The translations under genes were made by a program, and so were the position numbers. The notes under the pieces were generated by a model, which was not told where the DNA came from, made no database searches, and saw only the letters and a program-made list of their open reading frames with translations. A DNA stretch of 64,000 nucleotides, taken from positions 800,001-864,000 of the forward strand of contig OY970343.1 in the NCBI GenBank assembly GCA_963717525.1. Direction: 5' to 3'. The stretch is from an uncultured Methanoregulaceae archaeon (GTDB lineage: Archaea > Halobacteriota > Methanomicrobia > Methanomicrobiales > Methanospirillaceae). Positions 41,918 through 54,343 of this stretch are shown here, in pieces; position 1 is the stretch's first letter; each line of letters opens with the position of its first letter.

Positions 41918-42796
41918 TTACTCTGCGAGCCGGTACCCGTCCTTTCCCTTCAGGATAAAACCTTCGCCCTCAAGCGCCGCAAGGATCCGGCGCACACGTG
42001 CCGGTTCCTCTGACACCTGAGCTGCGATCGCTTTTTCCCGTGCCGGGAAAGTGACAATGAGGTATTTCAGGATCATGCCCCGTATCCGCCGGTCCGATCC
42101 GGCAAATGGCGCCTGCTTCACGTACGCGGTGCTCTTCCGGTTGGGATTGGGGACGCTCTTTTTGAGTTCCGTCCCGAGATCCATGAGTGCCCAATACCAG
42201 ACCCGGGGATTCTCCCGGTCGAGCGTCCGTTCCACGAGCGGCAGAATCTCCGCATCAGTCACCGATTCTGCGCCGGAAAAGAAAAAATGGATAAATACCC
42301 GTCGGATGTTGGTCTCAATAAAGACGACCGGGAGGTTGAAGGCAAAGGCGCAGATGGAGGAGGCTGTCGCCGGCCCGATCCCGGGGAATGTGGCAAGCAC
42401 CTGCGGGTCACACGGAACTTTCCCTTTATGCTCGTTTTCCAGTTTTTCGGCACATTTTTTCAGGGAGACAGCCCGACGGTTGTAGCCCATGCCCTGCCAT
42501 GCGGCAAACACTTCGGAGAGGGGGGCCTTTGCGAGTGTCGCAGGATCCGGGAACGCAACGATGAATGCCGGGTATCTGAGTGAGACCCGTTCTACCTGGG
42601 TCTGCTGGAGCATGATCTCGGAGACCAGGATCCGGTACGGGTCGTCCGTGTGGCGCCAGAGCATGTCGTGCCGGCCATGGCGCTGGTAGAAAGTAAATAC
42701 CTCACAGCGAAACTCCGCGACTGCTTCATCAGTCAGGTGAGTGTGAGAAAAGACCGGGCCGGAACTTTTCAGGAGCGTCTGCGTGCTCTTTTTCAT
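41918..42796 (-). CDS. mutY: MutY-like HhH-GPD DNA glycosylase (short form)
   Basis: PYRILVSEIMLQQTQV, WQGMGYNRRA and PGIGPATA motifs. Confidence 0.8.
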   Translation of the reverse strand: MKKSTQTLLKSSGPVFSHTHLTDEAVAEFRCEVFTFYQRHGRHDMLWRHTDDPYRILVSEIMLQQTQVERVSLRYPAFIVAFPDPATLAKAPLSEVFAAWQGMGYNRRAVSLKKCAEKLENEHKGKVPCDPQVLATFPGIGPATASSICAFAFNLPVVFIETNIRRVFIHFFFSGAESVTDAEILPLVERTLDRENPRVWYWALMDLGTELKKSVPNPNRKSTAYVKQAPFAGSDRRIRGMILKYLIVTFPAREKAIAAQVSEEPARVRRILAALEGEGFILKGKDGYRLAE

Positions 42797-42975
42797 GGTA
42801 CCGCCATACTTCGGTTATCCCGTAACGGATCTTACCGTGAGGGTAATAAGAATTGGGATTGCTGCAGGGTAGGGATGCACGAAAATTTTACGGGACTCCA
42901 TGTGATGATACAGCATAATCAGGTTCTTTTCCCTGTACCAGAGACGGATGAACGTTATCACAATGCTCTTTATCC

Positions 42976-44557
42976 ATGGTACCCGATATCGTACCACGGA
43001 AGGCACCCATGGACGAGGACCCGACCGGCAGTTCCCGGTATAACAGTGACGATAGCAAAAGCGGTGAAGAGCGCTTCATGCGCTGGAAAGACTGGCAGGA
43101 ACTGGAACAGGAACAGGACACGCGGATGGCCAGGATCCGCAGCAGTATAGAGGCCGTTTTTTCCGAAGGCCTGATGATTGCACTCTCCCTGCTCCTCATC
43201 CCGGTCATTATCATCCCGTTTCTCATACATGTTCCGCCGGAAGGGCAGCTTGTCCTCAATACCATTGATGGAGCGATCCTTGCGATCTTCATCCTTGAAT
43301 ATGTGTTCAAGCTCGCGCTTGCCGAGGATCGCCGGCAGTTTTTCCTGAACCCTTGGCATATTCTGGATCTCTTCGTTATCGCTGCGCCTATAGCAGCACT
43401 AATCGCAGGGTCATACCAGATGGTGGCCGGATCGCTCCGTCTGCTCCGTTTGCTCCGGCTCACCCGGACTGCCGCGCTCGGCACCCGTGCGTATTCACGC
43501 CGTGGAGCCGGATCGGAGATGAACGCGAGCGCTCCAGGGAGCCCGGCCCCGGAGTGCACAGTCAGGACTCTCTACCCTGCCATCCCGGAAGGCGAAGGCG
43601 GGTGGACCACACGGGAATTACGCGATATTCCGGATGCCGCAAGTATTATCCCGGCTAGCCAGCCTGACGGCGTCATGAAATGGTATGATTTTACCTCAGG
43701 TACAGGACGCGGATCTTGAGAAGATACACCGGCTGACCGGTGTCTCTGTCAGCCTCCTCAGAGAGGCACTCAAGGAACGTGCGTTTCCCTGGGCCCGGTC
43801 GCACCGGAATTACGCTGCGATCTACCTCAGGATAAGGGAGAGTCGCCGCAACCCGGCCAACCCCAAACAGATCATCATCGCGTGGCGATGGATTCTTATC
43901 GTCAGCAAAGACCACAGCCTGCTGACCTTTTCCTCTTCCGCGCCCCAGACCCCGGATCTCATCGCCAGCGAGGCGCTCTCGGCCCATGAATCCCTCACTC
44001 CAGCTGAAATAACGTACCGTTTTTTCCAGGATGCGCTCTCGCGTATCGAGGAAACGCTGCGCGCCATAGAAGACGAACTCGAATACACCGGCTCACTTCC
44101 CATAAGCGAGCAGCCCGCGAGTTTCCTTCCGATGACATTCAGACTCAAGATAGAGTCGGTCAGGATCCATTCATGGCTCCTTCATACCCGGGATGTCCTC
44201 AATAGTATCGTAACCGGCAAGGTTTCCCTCCATGGTATGGAAGACGGATCGCGGTTCTCTGCCCTTTTCGACCGGGCATCGTACCTGTACGACATATCCG
44301 ATGACATCACGGAGAACGTATCATCACTGACCGATTACTACTTCAATTCAACCTCATTCCAGATGGGTCGGGTCATGAAACTGATTGCCGTCTTGTCGGC
44401 ACTAACCATTATCCCAACAGTCGTGGGCAGCCTTCTGGGATCCAACCTTGTGGGCAACCCGTGGCCAATCTCTCTTGCCCAAATGATCGTCATCGTGGGA
44501 ATGGCTATGCTCGCGACAGCGTGGGTGTATTACCGGCTCGGCTGGCTGAAAATATAA
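42976..44557 (+). CDS. Voltage-sensor (S1-S4) domain plus CorA-family transporter, split by one apparent frameshift at about 43699
   Basis: IFILEYVFK (S2), NPWHILD (S3) and LRLLRLLRLTR (S4), then a CorA-type end MGRVMKLIAVLSALTIIPT..LGSN..GWL. Confidence 0.75.
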
Positions 44558-44586
44558 GCACCCGTCTCCGGAAAAAATACTTTTTT

Positions 44587-46421
44587 TTACGTCCTCCCGA
44601 ACATTTCGTCGAGCTTCGCCCGGGTAAACCGGACCATGGTCGGCCTGCCGTGCGGGCAGGTAAAGGGGGTCCGGGTCACACGGAGCTGGTCGATGATCCG
44701 CTGGCACTGCTCGTGCGTGCAGACGGTGCCGGCCTTGATTGCGCTCCGGCACGCGATGATACGGGTGATCCGTTCCCGGTCGGTAACGGGCCGCTCCGGA
44801 TCCTTGTGTATGAGATCGCTTACGAGATCATCGATCATCTCCGTCCCTTCGACCTTTCCCATCAGGGCCGGGACGGCCCGTACCAGAAACGAACCGCTCC
44901 CGAACTCCTCGATGACGACACCCTCCTGTACAAGCGCAGGGATCAGGTTGCGGAGGATTGCCGCATCCTTCAGGGGTCGGTGAATGATTGCCGGGACGAG
45001 CAGTTCCTGCACATGTCGGGCCGCCATGCTACGACTTACCTGCTCGTAGAAGATCCGCTCGTGGGCAGCATGCTGGTCGATGATAATGAGCTCGCCGTCA
45101 GCTGCTTCGGCCAGGATGTAGATCCCCCCGACCTGCCCAATCACCTCCATCGCGGGCACGACCGCGGTGACCGGAGGAACTCCGCTCGCAAGCTCGGTCT
45201 GCCGGAGCCGGTGGTCGGTTGAGACGGTACCGGCATGAGTTGGTTCGGTAAAAGGGGAGAGGGTGTGTGCCTGGACAGGGGGAGTGATTGTGACGGCATC
45301 GTACGGTACCTCCGGCTCTGATACACTCGAAGCATTCCGGGCTATGCCTCCACCCGCGAGTTCATGGTCTGCCGGGTGCGGAACTGTAACCTCGGGGATA
45401 AGGTTGTTATGAGCAAGTGCCGCACGGACTGCATCGCGCACCGCATCCACGATCTCCCTCTCTTTTGAGAGACGGACCTCCTTTTTGGTCGGGTGAACGT
45501 TGATATCCACGAGCCGGGGGTCGATCGCAAGCGAAAGGAATGCGACCGGGTACCGGCCGTGAGGGAGAAGAGTGCCGTACCCTTCCCGTACTGCGGCGGT
45601 TACAGATGGCGAGGAGATGTATCGTCCATTGATTGCAATAAGAATCCGGTCATGATCCTTGCGGGAGAGCGCCGTGCGAGAGATATACCCCGATATGTGC
45701 ATGAAGGGCAGATCAGTCGAAACCTCGAGAAGTTCGCGGACGTACTCGTTTCCAAAGATCCTGGCTATTGTATCGAGTAACCGGGTGGTCCGTTCGGTGA
45801 CGAGCAGTTCGCGGTTGTTATGGAAGAGCCGGAACGAGACCTGCGGGCAGGAAAGGCAGAGTCCCTCAACAATCCCGTGAATGCGGGCAAGCTCCGTATT
45901 GAGGCTCTTCTGGAATTTTTTCCGGGCCGGGGTATTGAAGAAAAGTTCCTCGACAAGGATACTTGTGCCCCCGGGAGCCCCGGTCTCCCCTTTTGTTTTT
46001 GTAACCCCGCCGACAACTACGATACGGGTACCGGAAGCTCGGGTATGTCCCGGGGTTTTGTTGTAAGTGTCACCTTTGCAACTGCTGCAATGCTTGCGAG
46101 CGCCTCGCCCCGGAATCCCAGAGTATTGATGGAGAACAGGTCGTCCAGTGCCCTGATCTTACTGGTTGCATGCGGGGCAAAAACAAGTCCGGCATCAACG
46201 GGAGACATTCCGCACCCGTCATCGGTCACCTTTATCGCCACGATCCCGCCCTGCACGGATGTGACATCGATCCGGATTGTGCGGGCACCGGCATCGATCG
46301 CGTTCTCAACAAGCTCCTTGACAACCGAAGCCGGCCGTTCGATCACTTCGCCGGCCGCAATCTGGTTAATCGTTGCAGGGTCAAGTATCCTGATGGATGG
46401 GGTACCTTCCTCCGCGGTCAT
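44587..46421 (-). CDS. mutL: DNA mismatch repair endonuclease; apparent frameshift at about 46033
   Basis: [44 protein letters not shown] and CPHGRP motifs. Confidence 0.96.
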
Positions 46422-49138
46422 CGTCCCGCACCCTTAAGATCAGTATTTTTGGGTTTTCCTGCAAGCCCTTTTAATTCGGCCAGTTTTGCCAGTGCCTGCA
46501 TCGGGGTCATCGTATCGGTATCGAGGCTGGAGAGTTCCATCACCACCGGATCCGGTACCTGCGGACCGGACCGATCCGGCATGCTGTCATCAACAAGCAG
46601 GATCTGGGTGTAGCGCCGGGCTTTTGTGCCACCCGATGCATCCCGGCTGAGGGTATCGGTAAGAATCATATCGGCGTGATCGGTTACTTTTTTCGGAATG
46701 CCGGCAAGCCGGGCCACGTGGATGCCGTAGCTCTTGTCAGTCGCACCAGGAATCAGTTTCCGCAGGAAAACAACCTCCTTTTTTGTTTCCTGCACTGCGA
46801 AATGATAATTTTTCACCCGTTTCAATTCCCCTTCCATACCGACGAGTTCATGGAAGTGAGTGGCAAAAAGGGTCTTTGCACCGGCCGAGGATTTGCTATG
46901 CAGGTATTCGAGTACTGCCTGTGCGATCGAGCACCCGTCCGCCGTGCTTGTGCCCCGTCCGATCTCGTCGAGGATCACGAGGCTCTTATCGGTCATGTTG
47001 TTGAGAATGTTTGCCAGTTCGAGCATCTCGACAAAGAATGTGCTCTGGCCGCTCGCGAGGTCATCGAATGCCCCGACCCGGGTAAAAATCCTGTCGATGA
47101 TGCCTATCTTTGCAAAACGGGCCGGTACAAAACTTCCTGCCTGGGCCATGATGCAGCAGAGCGCGATGGAACGCATGTAGGTGGACTTTCCTGCCATGTT
47201 CGCTCCTGTAATGATCATGATCTGGGTTTTTGATCCCGATAGGTCTGCATCATTGGGGACAAAACCCCCGGCAAGGCTCCGTTCAACTACAGGATGCCGC
47301 ACATCCCGGCATATGATCGCATCCCCCTCATCCAGCTGGGGGCGGACATAATCAAGATCGACAGCAGTATCAGCAAGTGCAGCTGCGACATCGAGAATAG
47401 AAATCCCTTCTGCGATTTTCTGGAGCGCGGGGATCTGTTTTCTTATCTCATCGATCAGCCCGTCGAACAGCGTGCGTTCAAGCGCGAGCACACGCTCATC
47501 GGCATCCGTAATCACCGCTTCTTTTTCCTTCAGTTCTGGTATCGTATATCGTTCCCCGGTCGCCGTCGTCTGGCGGCGTTCGTACCTGGCCGGGACAAGA
47601 TGGGTATTGGTTTTACTCACGTCGATGTAATAGCCAAAGACCCGGTTGTACCCGATCTTGAGGGATCTGATCCCGGTCTTCTCCCGTTCCTGCTGCTGGA
47701 GCTCTGCGATCCAGTTCTTGCCGGTATGCAGGACTCCGGTCATACTGTCAAGTTCCGCAGAATAGCCGGGCCGAATCAGGCCGCCATTCTTTGCGATGGC
47801 GGGAGGGTCATCAACGATCGCATTTCTGACCAGATCGATGATATCCGGGAGATCAACAAGGCCGTCCCGGGCTTCGGCCACCCGTTCCGGTACGGGGGTG
47901 GATCCGACCGGCGCCGGTGCTGCTGATGCGAGAAGTTCCCTGATTGCCGGGAGGGTCTCTAGCGAATCTGCGAGAGCGACAAGGTCCCGCGGCCCGGCAT
48001 TCCCGTACGCAATACGGGCAGTAATCCGCTCGATGTCAGCATGACGCGAAAGCTGCTCCCGCAGGGACATGCGCAGGGTGGCGGACGTAGTAAAGTATTC
48101 AACCGCGTCGAGCCGTGCGCCAATCCGTGCGATTGCCGTGAGTGGCCGGGTCAGCTGCCGGAGCAGGAGCCGGCTGCCCATGGGTGTCTTGGTCCGATCA
48201 AGAATAGAAAAGAGCGTTGCGCCCTTCTTCCCGCCCCGGATGCTTTCGTGCACCTCGAGGTTGCGCAATGTGATCGCATCAAGCATCATGCCCTGCGCAG
48301 ACGAGCGCGTGGAGAGAGAGCTCACGTGCGGGAGCGCGGACTTCTGGGTCTCCTCTGCATAGGAGAGTGCAGCCCCCGCAGCCCCGATCGCCGCCGGCAT
48401 CGCGTCGCAGCCATAGCCGGCAAGGGTCGCGACCCCGAAGTGATCGCAGAGAGTACGCCCGGCACGGTCGGTACGGAAACAGTCATTGTTATAGGGGGTC
48501 ACTACGACCCCGTCACGGTGCAGGAGTGCCCGCAGGTCTTCGTCTACTGTTGAAGGGACGATGCATTCGGCCGGCCGGTACCGGGCGATCTCGGACCGGA
48601 CGCTCCCGGGGATGTTGTCCACAGGTAGAGCAGAGACAAAGAATTCACCGGTCGAAATGTCCAGAAGAGCCATCCCCCAGTCTGCACCTTTCGCGCCGGG
48701 CGAGATGGCCATAAGATAGGTAGCGGCTGATGAGGGGAGCATGGCCGGATCGATCACAGTTCCGGGTGTGATCACCCGGACCACTTCACGTTTCACAAGC
48801 CCTTTTGCCGTCTTCGGATCCCCGATCTGCTCGCAGATTGCGACCTTGTAGCCTTTTGCGACGAGCCGCGCGATATAAGCCTCGCCGGCATGGTGCGGGA
48901 CCCCCGCGAGCGGGATACGCTGATCGCCGTTTTTGGACCGGGAGGTGAGAACGAGGTCGAGTTCTTTTGAGACGATCTCTGCGTCGCTTTCGAGCGTCTC
49001 AAAAAAATCCCCGATGTGAAAGAACAGGATGGCATCGGGGTACTGCGCCTTGATCTCCCGGTACTGCCGCATACCGGGGGTGAGATTTTTGCCGTCATCT
49101 GCCGACGTACCGGTGCCGGGAGAAGGCTCAGTCTTCAT
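46418..49138 (-). CDS. mutS: DNA mismatch repair protein MutS1
   Basis: [27 protein letters not shown] and SYGIHVA motifs. Confidence 0.98.
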   Translation of the reverse strand: MKTEPSPGTGTSADDGKNLTPGMRQYREIKAQYPDAILFFHIGDFFETLESDAEIVSKELDLVLTSRSKNGDQRIPLAGVPHHAGEAYIARLVAKGYKVAICEQIGDPKTAKGLVKREVVRVITPGTVIDPAMLPSSAATYLMAISPGAKGADWGMALLDISTGEFFVSALPVDNIPGSVRSEIARYRPAECIVPSTVDEDLRALLHRDGVVVTPYNNDCFRTDRAGRTLCDHFGVATLAGYGCDAMPAAIGAAGAALSYAEETQKSALPHVSSLSTRSSAQGMMLDAITLRNLEVHESIRGGKKGATLFSILDRTKTPMGSRLLLRQLTRPLTAIARIGARLDAVEYFTTSATLRMSLREQLSRHADIERITARIAYGNAGPRDLVALADSLETLPAIRELLASAAPAPVGSTPVPERVAEARDGLVDLPDIIDLVRNAIVDDPPAIAKNGGLIRPGYSAELDSMTGVLHTGKNWIAELQQQEREKTGIRSLKIGYNRVFGYYIDVSKTNTHLVPARYERRQTTATGERYTIPELKEKEAVITDADERVLALERTLFDGLIDEIRKQIPALQKIAEGISILDVAAALADTAVDLDYVRPQLDEGDAIICRDVRHPVVERSLAGGFVPNDADLSGSKTQIMIITGANMAGKSTYMRSIALCCIMAQAGSFVPARFAKIGIIDRIFTRVGAFDDLASGQSTFFVEMLELANILNNMTDKSLVILDEIGRGTSTADGCSIAQAVLEYLHSKSSAGAKTLFATHFHELVGMEGELKRVKNYHFAVQETKKEVVFLRKLIPGATDKSYGIHVARLAGIPKKVTDHADMILTDTLSRDASGGTKARRYTQILLVDDSMPDRSGPQVPDPVVMELSSLDTDTMTPMQALAKLAELKGLAGKPKNTDLKGAGR

Positions 49139-49236
49139 CTTACGTATTGTTTTGCCGGCTGGATTTTAAACCGTGCGTATCATGCGGGCCGGGCAATGGC
49201 AGGTTCCCCTGCGAATGTATGCAGCCGGTAACGGGT

Positions 49237-49977
49237 TCAGGGCGTTCTCCTGTAGAACAGGAAGGCTGGCAGCGAAACAATCAGGGCGATCAGTCCAAAA
49301 GCAAGTCCTATTGCAAGCCCGGTACCAAGCAGGCCAAGGATCGTAAGAAAGCCGTTGGTGACCGCAGAAATGTTTGCGGCGAGGAGGCAAAATCCCGCGA
49401 TAATGAGAATAACAAACCCGGCGACGGCATTTTTCAGGTCCTGCGTGCTGGGGGAAAATGAGAGCGCGAGGCTGGTGACAAGATACAGGTAGAGGAGAAA
49501 CCAGATGTTGAACGCGACAACAAGGTTCTGGTACAGGGTCAGACCGATCCCCTCTACCAGGGGGTACAGGGACACGACAGAGTCCAGTGAAGGCATGAAA
49601 GAGGTAAAAGAGCAGCCGGCATAGGTGCCAAAGAACCACGTGAGTGCTGCAAGTACGAGGGGAAGGATAAAGAGCGGGGCGGTGCTGATGATCACGTTCC
49701 CGAGGACAGGGATAGCGGGAGGAGTATACGAAACCATCCCCCCTTTCTTCGAGAGCAGTACGACTTTTCTGATTTTAGCGCCAGTAAGGATGCAGCCTAT
49801 CACGTGGGAGCATTCGTGGACGATCACACCCGGGGCGCTTACGAGAAGATAAAGCGATGGATACCGGAGAGTATGCGCCCAGACGTGATCGAGCAGGCGG
49901 GAGAGCCCCATAACGAGAAGTGCGCCAAGGATAACAATGATGAACGATTCCATCGCCGGGTTCACAGGGCTGCTCAT
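49237..49977 (-). CDS. M50B-like membrane metallopeptidase
   Basis: PGVIVHECSH HExxH within a TM context; PSTQD. Confidence 0.65.
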   Translation of the reverse strand: MSSPVNPAMESFIIVILGALLVMGLSRLLDHVWAHTLRYPSLYLLVSAPGVIVHECSHVIGCILTGAKIRKVVLLSKKGGMVSYTPPAIPVLGNVIISTAPLFILPLVLAALTWFFGTYAGCSFTSFMPSLDSVVSLYPLVEGIGLTLYQNLVVAFNIWFLLYLYLVTSLALSFSPSTQDLKNAVAGFVILIIAGFCLLAANISAVTNGFLTILGLLGTGLAIGLAFGLIALIVSLPAFLFYRRTP

Positions 49978-50091
49978 GCAACAGTATATCCGGCAGTATC
50001 AATAAAAAAGAGCACACCGTTTGGACCTGTTTCCGGATCGCGTTTCTGGTACTTCTGATAGGGTAATATGCACCTGCACCAATGAAACGTT

Positions 50092-52263
50092 ATGCTTTCC
50101 GGGGACAAACCGGACCCTGACCCTCAGCCCTCCGGCCCACAAAAACGATCGCCCAACCGGCTGGTCCATGAGAAAAGTCCGTACCTTCTCCAGCACGCGT
50201 ACAATCCGGTCGACTGGTACCCCTGGGGAAATGAGGCATTTTCCCGTGCGATACAGGAAAACAAGCCGGTTTTTCTTTCTATCGGCTATTCTACCTGCCA
50301 CTGGTGCCACGTGATGGCCAGAGAGTCATTTGAAGACGGAGACGTGGCGGCGGTTCTTAACCGGGGATTCATCAGTATCAAGGTCGACCGGGAGGAGCGC
50401 CCGGATATTGACAGCGTGTACATGGGTGTCTGCCAGCAGATGACCGGCCGGGGCGGTTGGCCACTTACCATTGTCATGACCCCGGAGAAAAAACCGTTCT
50501 TTGCAGGTACGTATTTACCGAAAAAGAACGTTGCCGGGATAACCGGCCTGTCAGATATCCTGTTTCGGATTATCGACCTCTGGCAAAAAAACCGGGAAGA
50601 ACTGTATCGGGCCGCAGATGAAATTTTCCGGACCTCCAGACCCGAATACGGGACTCCTGCAGGAAATCCTGATCGTCGGTTTCTCAATGAAGGTTTTCGA
50701 GAGCTCTCCGGCCATTTCGATGAAAAGAATGGCGGGTTTGGTGGCGCCCCAAAGTTCCCGGCCCCCCACACCCTGATTTTTTTACTCAGATACTGGCATC
50801 TGATCGGGGAGAGCCGTGCGCTTGCCATGGCAGAGCAAACGATCGACGCAATCCGCAGCGGTGGCATCTGGGATCATGTAGGCGCCGGCATGCACCGGTA
50901 TTCGACCGATGCGCAGTGGCTTGTCCCACACTTCGAAAAAATGCTCTACGACCAGGCGCTGCTTGTGCTTGCCTGCGTTGAGGCATACGAGGCGACCCGC
51001 ACAGCCCGGTACCGCACCATCGCTGAGGAATGCATCGCATACGTGCTCAACAATCTCATTGACCCGGGTGGTGGGTTTTACAGTGCCGAGGATGCAGACA
51101 GCCCGGGTGGAGAGGGGGCGTATTACACGTGGGCAAAGGAAGAGATCGCCCGTGTCCTCGGACCGGAAGATGCAGCACTCACTTTCACCCTTTTTACCCT
51201 TACTCCCCTCCATGAGACAGGTGTAGTTCCCAAGGGCATGCCCGGCGACAGCATCAGTCAGCGCTTCATCCTTTCTGCAGGTGGTCCGGACCCGGTACTC
51301 GCTAATACCCTGAAGATCACGGAGCGTGAACTGGCCGTCCGCCGGGACTCCATCCGCATCCGGCTCAGGCAGGCACGAGATGAACGCCCCCGGCCGGCAC
51401 GCGATACCAAGATCCTGACGGATATAAACGCGCTTTTCTGCACTGCCCTTGCGCGGGCTGGCCGGGTATTTGAAAACCCTGGTCATATTGATGTCGCTTC
51501 CCGAACATTGCAGTTCATTTGCCTGCACCTGCGGGATGCTGACGGGCATCTCCTGCACCGGTACAGTGACGGGGAGAGCGGAATTATGGCCTTTGCCGAT
51601 GATTACGTGTACCTGGTTTCTGCCTGTCTTGAACTCTACCGGGCTACCTTTAAGCTCACTTATCTCAGGGATGCCATCAGTCTCAATGCCGTATTTCTTG
51701 CGCATTTGCTCGATGCAGAAAACGGCGGGTTCTTCACCATTTCCGATACGGTCGTCGATCTCCCAGTACGGAAAAAAGAATGGTACGATGGTGCAGTCCC
51801 GTCAGCAAATACCATCGCCTTCGAAAACCTCATGCAGATCTCCCGGTTTACCGGGGATGACGCACTCGAGAAAGTGGCACTGGAGTCCGCCCGGTTCATT
51901 GCCGGGGCCGCTGCCCATGCACCATCCTCAGTAGCGGGGTTCCTTGCAGCACTCACGTGTTCTTACCCCGCGGGGGAGATACAGGATCTCGTGATTGTCG
52001 GCAATCCTCCTGAGACCGATACCCGCAACCTGCTTGACGCTGCACAAAGCCGGTATCTTCCGGGCCTGCTTATCCTGCTCCGGCCACCGGGCAGGGCCGG
52101 GGACGAGGTAGATGCCGTCGCACCCGCTGCCCGTGGCCGTGTTCGCCGTGACCGAAGGGCTACTGCATATCTCTGCTCCGGTTCGACCTGCCTGCCACCA
52201 GTATGCGATCCGCAGGAATTGATTGCCCAGCTTAACGGCAGAAACGAAACGTCAGCCCGGTAA
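50092..52263 (+). CDS. Thioredoxin/DUF255 plus six-hairpin glycosidase-like protein (YyaL/SPATA20 family)
   Basis: [24 protein letters not shown] and [10 protein letters not shown] motifs. Confidence 0.93.
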   Translation: MLSGDKPDPDPQPSGPQKRSPNRLVHEKSPYLLQHAYNPVDWYPWGNEAFSRAIQENKPVFLSIGYSTCHWCHVMARESFEDGDVAAVLNRGFISIKVDREERPDIDSVYMGVCQQMTGRGGWPLTIVMTPEKKPFFAGTYLPKKNVAGITGLSDILFRIIDLWQKNREELYRAADEIFRTSRPEYGTPAGNPDRRFLNEGFRELSGHFDEKNGGFGGAPKFPAPHTLIFLLRYWHLIGESRALAMAEQTIDAIRSGGIWDHVGAGMHRYSTDAQWLVPHFEKMLYDQALLVLACVEAYEATRTARYRTIAEECIAYVLNNLIDPGGGFYSAEDADSPGGEGAYYTWAKEEIARVLGPEDAALTFTLFTLTPLHETGVVPKGMPGDSISQRFILSAGGPDPVLANTLKITERELAVRRDSIRIRLRQARDERPRPARDTKILTDINALFCTALARAGRVFENPGHIDVASRTLQFICLHLRDADGHLLHRYSDGESGIMAFADDYVYLVSACLELYRATFKLTYLRDAISLNAVFLAHLLDAENGGFFTISDTVVDLPVRKKEWYDGAVPSANTIAFENLMQISRFTGDDALEKVALESARFIAGAAAHAPSSVAGFLAALTCSYPAGEIQDLVIVGNPPETDTRNLLDAAQSRYLPGLLILLRPPGRAGDEVDAVAPAARGRVRRDRRATAYLCSGSTCLPPVCDPQELIAQLNGRNETSAR

Positions 52264-52305
52264 AAACAGATATTCGCTCACAGTTTTTATGAGGATTTAA
52301 AAAAA

Positions 52306-52782
52306 TTACAGGTTTTTTAAGGCGACGAGATCGCGTACGCCCACCAGTTTCCAGACAAGCGACCGCTCCTCTTCTGCGATCTTGGCCGGGGGATCGGCGG
52401 GGGAATGCCCGAGGGCGGCGAGGATATTGCAGGAGAGTTTGCGTTCCACGATCAAATCAACAAATTTTTCACGTATAATCTTCTTCTCTATTGAGTCACT
52501 TACTTCCTCGAGATATCCCTGAAGCGTAACAAAGGTATAGGACGAAAGGTCTTTTGTATATTTCTCAATCTCGACCGAAACATGCGGACTTTTCCTGAAG
52601 TATTCCTGTTTCTTACCGTACTTGGTGGAGAGGAAATACATAAACGATCCATCGAACACGTACAGGAAAGGTGCAATGTAGGGATATTTCTCTCCCTGGA
52701 ATGCTATCCGGCAGACATACCCTTTCTCTATCAGCCGGTCATATTCCTGTTTCTCCATCCGGGGGATCTTCACGACATCCAT
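52306..52782 (-). CDS. Pyridoxamine 5'-phosphate oxidase-like flavin-binding protein
   Basis: CRIAF...PYIAP...GKK...VSVEI split-barrel pattern. Confidence 0.8.
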   Translation of the reverse strand: MDVVKIPRMEKQEYDRLIEKGYVCRIAFQGEKYPYIAPFLYVFDGSFMYFLSTKYGKKQEYFRKSPHVSVEIEKYTKDLSSYTFVTLQGYLEEVSDSIEKKIIREKFVDLIVERKLSCNILAALGHSPADPPAKIAEEERSLVWKLVGVRDLVALKNL

Positions 52783-52865
52783 CGAGACGCACCAATTTGC
52801 TTTCAGAGAGGAAGATGATAAATCTTCGTAAATTTAGCCGCAGCAGCAAATCTCTCTGGCATCTC

Positions 52866-54233
52866 TTATTCTTCAGAGGGGTACCCCGCGATGATCCATG
52901 CCTGCATGCCCCCAAGGACGTTTGTCACGTCAGGATACCCGCGCATGGCAAGAACGCTAGCCGCGAGGCTCCCCTTGAACCCTGCATCGCAGTAGACAAC
53001 GACAGGTCGATCACGTGGAATCTCGTGCACGTGCTGAGGGAGCTCTCCAATAAATATGTGCCGGGAACCGGCAATGTGGCCGGTACCTTCCCGGTTTTTC
53101 CGGTCGCGGACGTCAAGCAGGAACAGTTTTTCATGAATGAGCCACTCTTTTAAAGCCTGAACGGTGCAGGTGCCGGTGATCCCGACCGGCTGTGCAGTCC
53201 TGCACCATGCCGGAAAACCGCCTGCAAGCCAGCCAGCTGTAGCGTCATATCCCATCCGTACGAACTGCCGGAGCACGGCCTCGATGCCGGGTGTGAAGTC
53301 GTCAACGATTACGATAGGACGTTTATAGTCCATGAACCAGCCGGCAAATGAGGAAATACCGTCCCGCCAGATCGAGAGGCTTCCCGGGATGTGGCCTGCA
53401 GCAAAAGCCGTGGGCGAACGTATATCCACGATCTGGCAGCCGGTCCCGATTAAATCTGTTATATCCGGGACCGCAAGGGGCCGTGGACAGGGAAGTGAAG
53501 AAAGGAGCGGCGGGCCTTCCTGGTTAACAATTTCCATCTGCCGGAAGTACGGAGGAAGATACGGTGAGTCGGTTGTGCGCCGGGAGACAAACGCGTCTTT
53601 ACCCATGGCAAGGACCGGGTTGGATCTCTTCTCGTAGCCAATGGTCGAAAACGGGTGATCGGCTATTGTGGTGCCGCAGGCAGAACCGGCCCCGTGTGTC
53701 GGGCAGAGGATGACGCCGTCCCCGAGCGGCAAAATCTTCCGGGAGATGCTGTCATAAATCTTTTCTGCCATTTCCGCCTTTCTCTCCAGCCCGAAAAAAT
53801 CCGTCCTTGCAATATCACCCGAAAAGAGCGTATCCCCGGAAAAGACCATGTACGGCTCGCGCGAAACCTCGGCATCCGTAACGACAAGCGTGATGCTCTC
53901 CTCAGTGTGCCCCGGGGTCTCAAGGACTGAAAGTTCCAGAGTTCCCAGCGTGAACCGATCTCCTTCGTGAACTTTGTTCCCGTAGGCAAAGTCCATCCGG
54001 GAACCATGGTAGATCTGCGCTCCGCACCGGTGTGCAAGCTCCGGTGCACCGGTCACATAATCCTCATTCCTGTGTGTTTCAAAAACATGGGTGATAACGG
54101 CATCGTGCTGGCCTGCAAGGCCGAGGTAAAGGTTGCAGTCCCGCCGTGGGTCGATGACTGCCGCAACTCCACCGGATCCGATTATGTACGAATTATGGGC
54201 CAACCCTTCAGCAACGATGCGTTCAAACCACAC
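52866..54233 (-). CDS. MBL-fold hydrolase with two rhodanese domains
   Basis: ETHRNEDY, TPGHT, SGDTLF, GHIPGS and YCDAG..GGM motifs. Confidence 0.9.
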   Translation of the reverse strand: MWFERIVAEGLAHNSYIIGSGGVAAVIDPRRDCNLYLGLAGQHDAVITHVFETHRNEDYVTGAPELAHRCGAQIYHGSRMDFAYGNKVHEGDRFTLGTLELSVLETPGHTEESITLVVTDAEVSREPYMVFSGDTLFSGDIARTDFFGLERKAEMAEKIYDSISRKILPLGDGVILCPTHGAGSACGTTIADHPFSTIGYEKRSNPVLAMGKDAFVSRRTTDSPYLPPYFRQMEIVNQEGPPLLSSLPCPRPLAVPDITDLIGTGCQIVDIRSPTAFAAGHIPGSLSIWRDGISSFAGWFMDYKRPIVIVDDFTPGIEAVLRQFVRMGYDATAGWLAGGFPAWCRTAQPVGITGTCTVQALKEWLIHEKLFLLDVRDRKNREGTGHIAGSRHIFIGELPQHVHEIPRDRPVVVYCDAGFKGSLAASVLAMRGYPDVTNVLGGMQAWIIAGYPSEE

Positions 54234-54343
54234 AAAAATCCTCCCCGTTTGTGGAATTCTTGCGCTCCGTAGTATATACTTTTTGCAGCAGAATGAAGAA
54301 AAGTACTAAGTATAGTCCCGATGCAGAGTCCCTGCGCGTCTCC

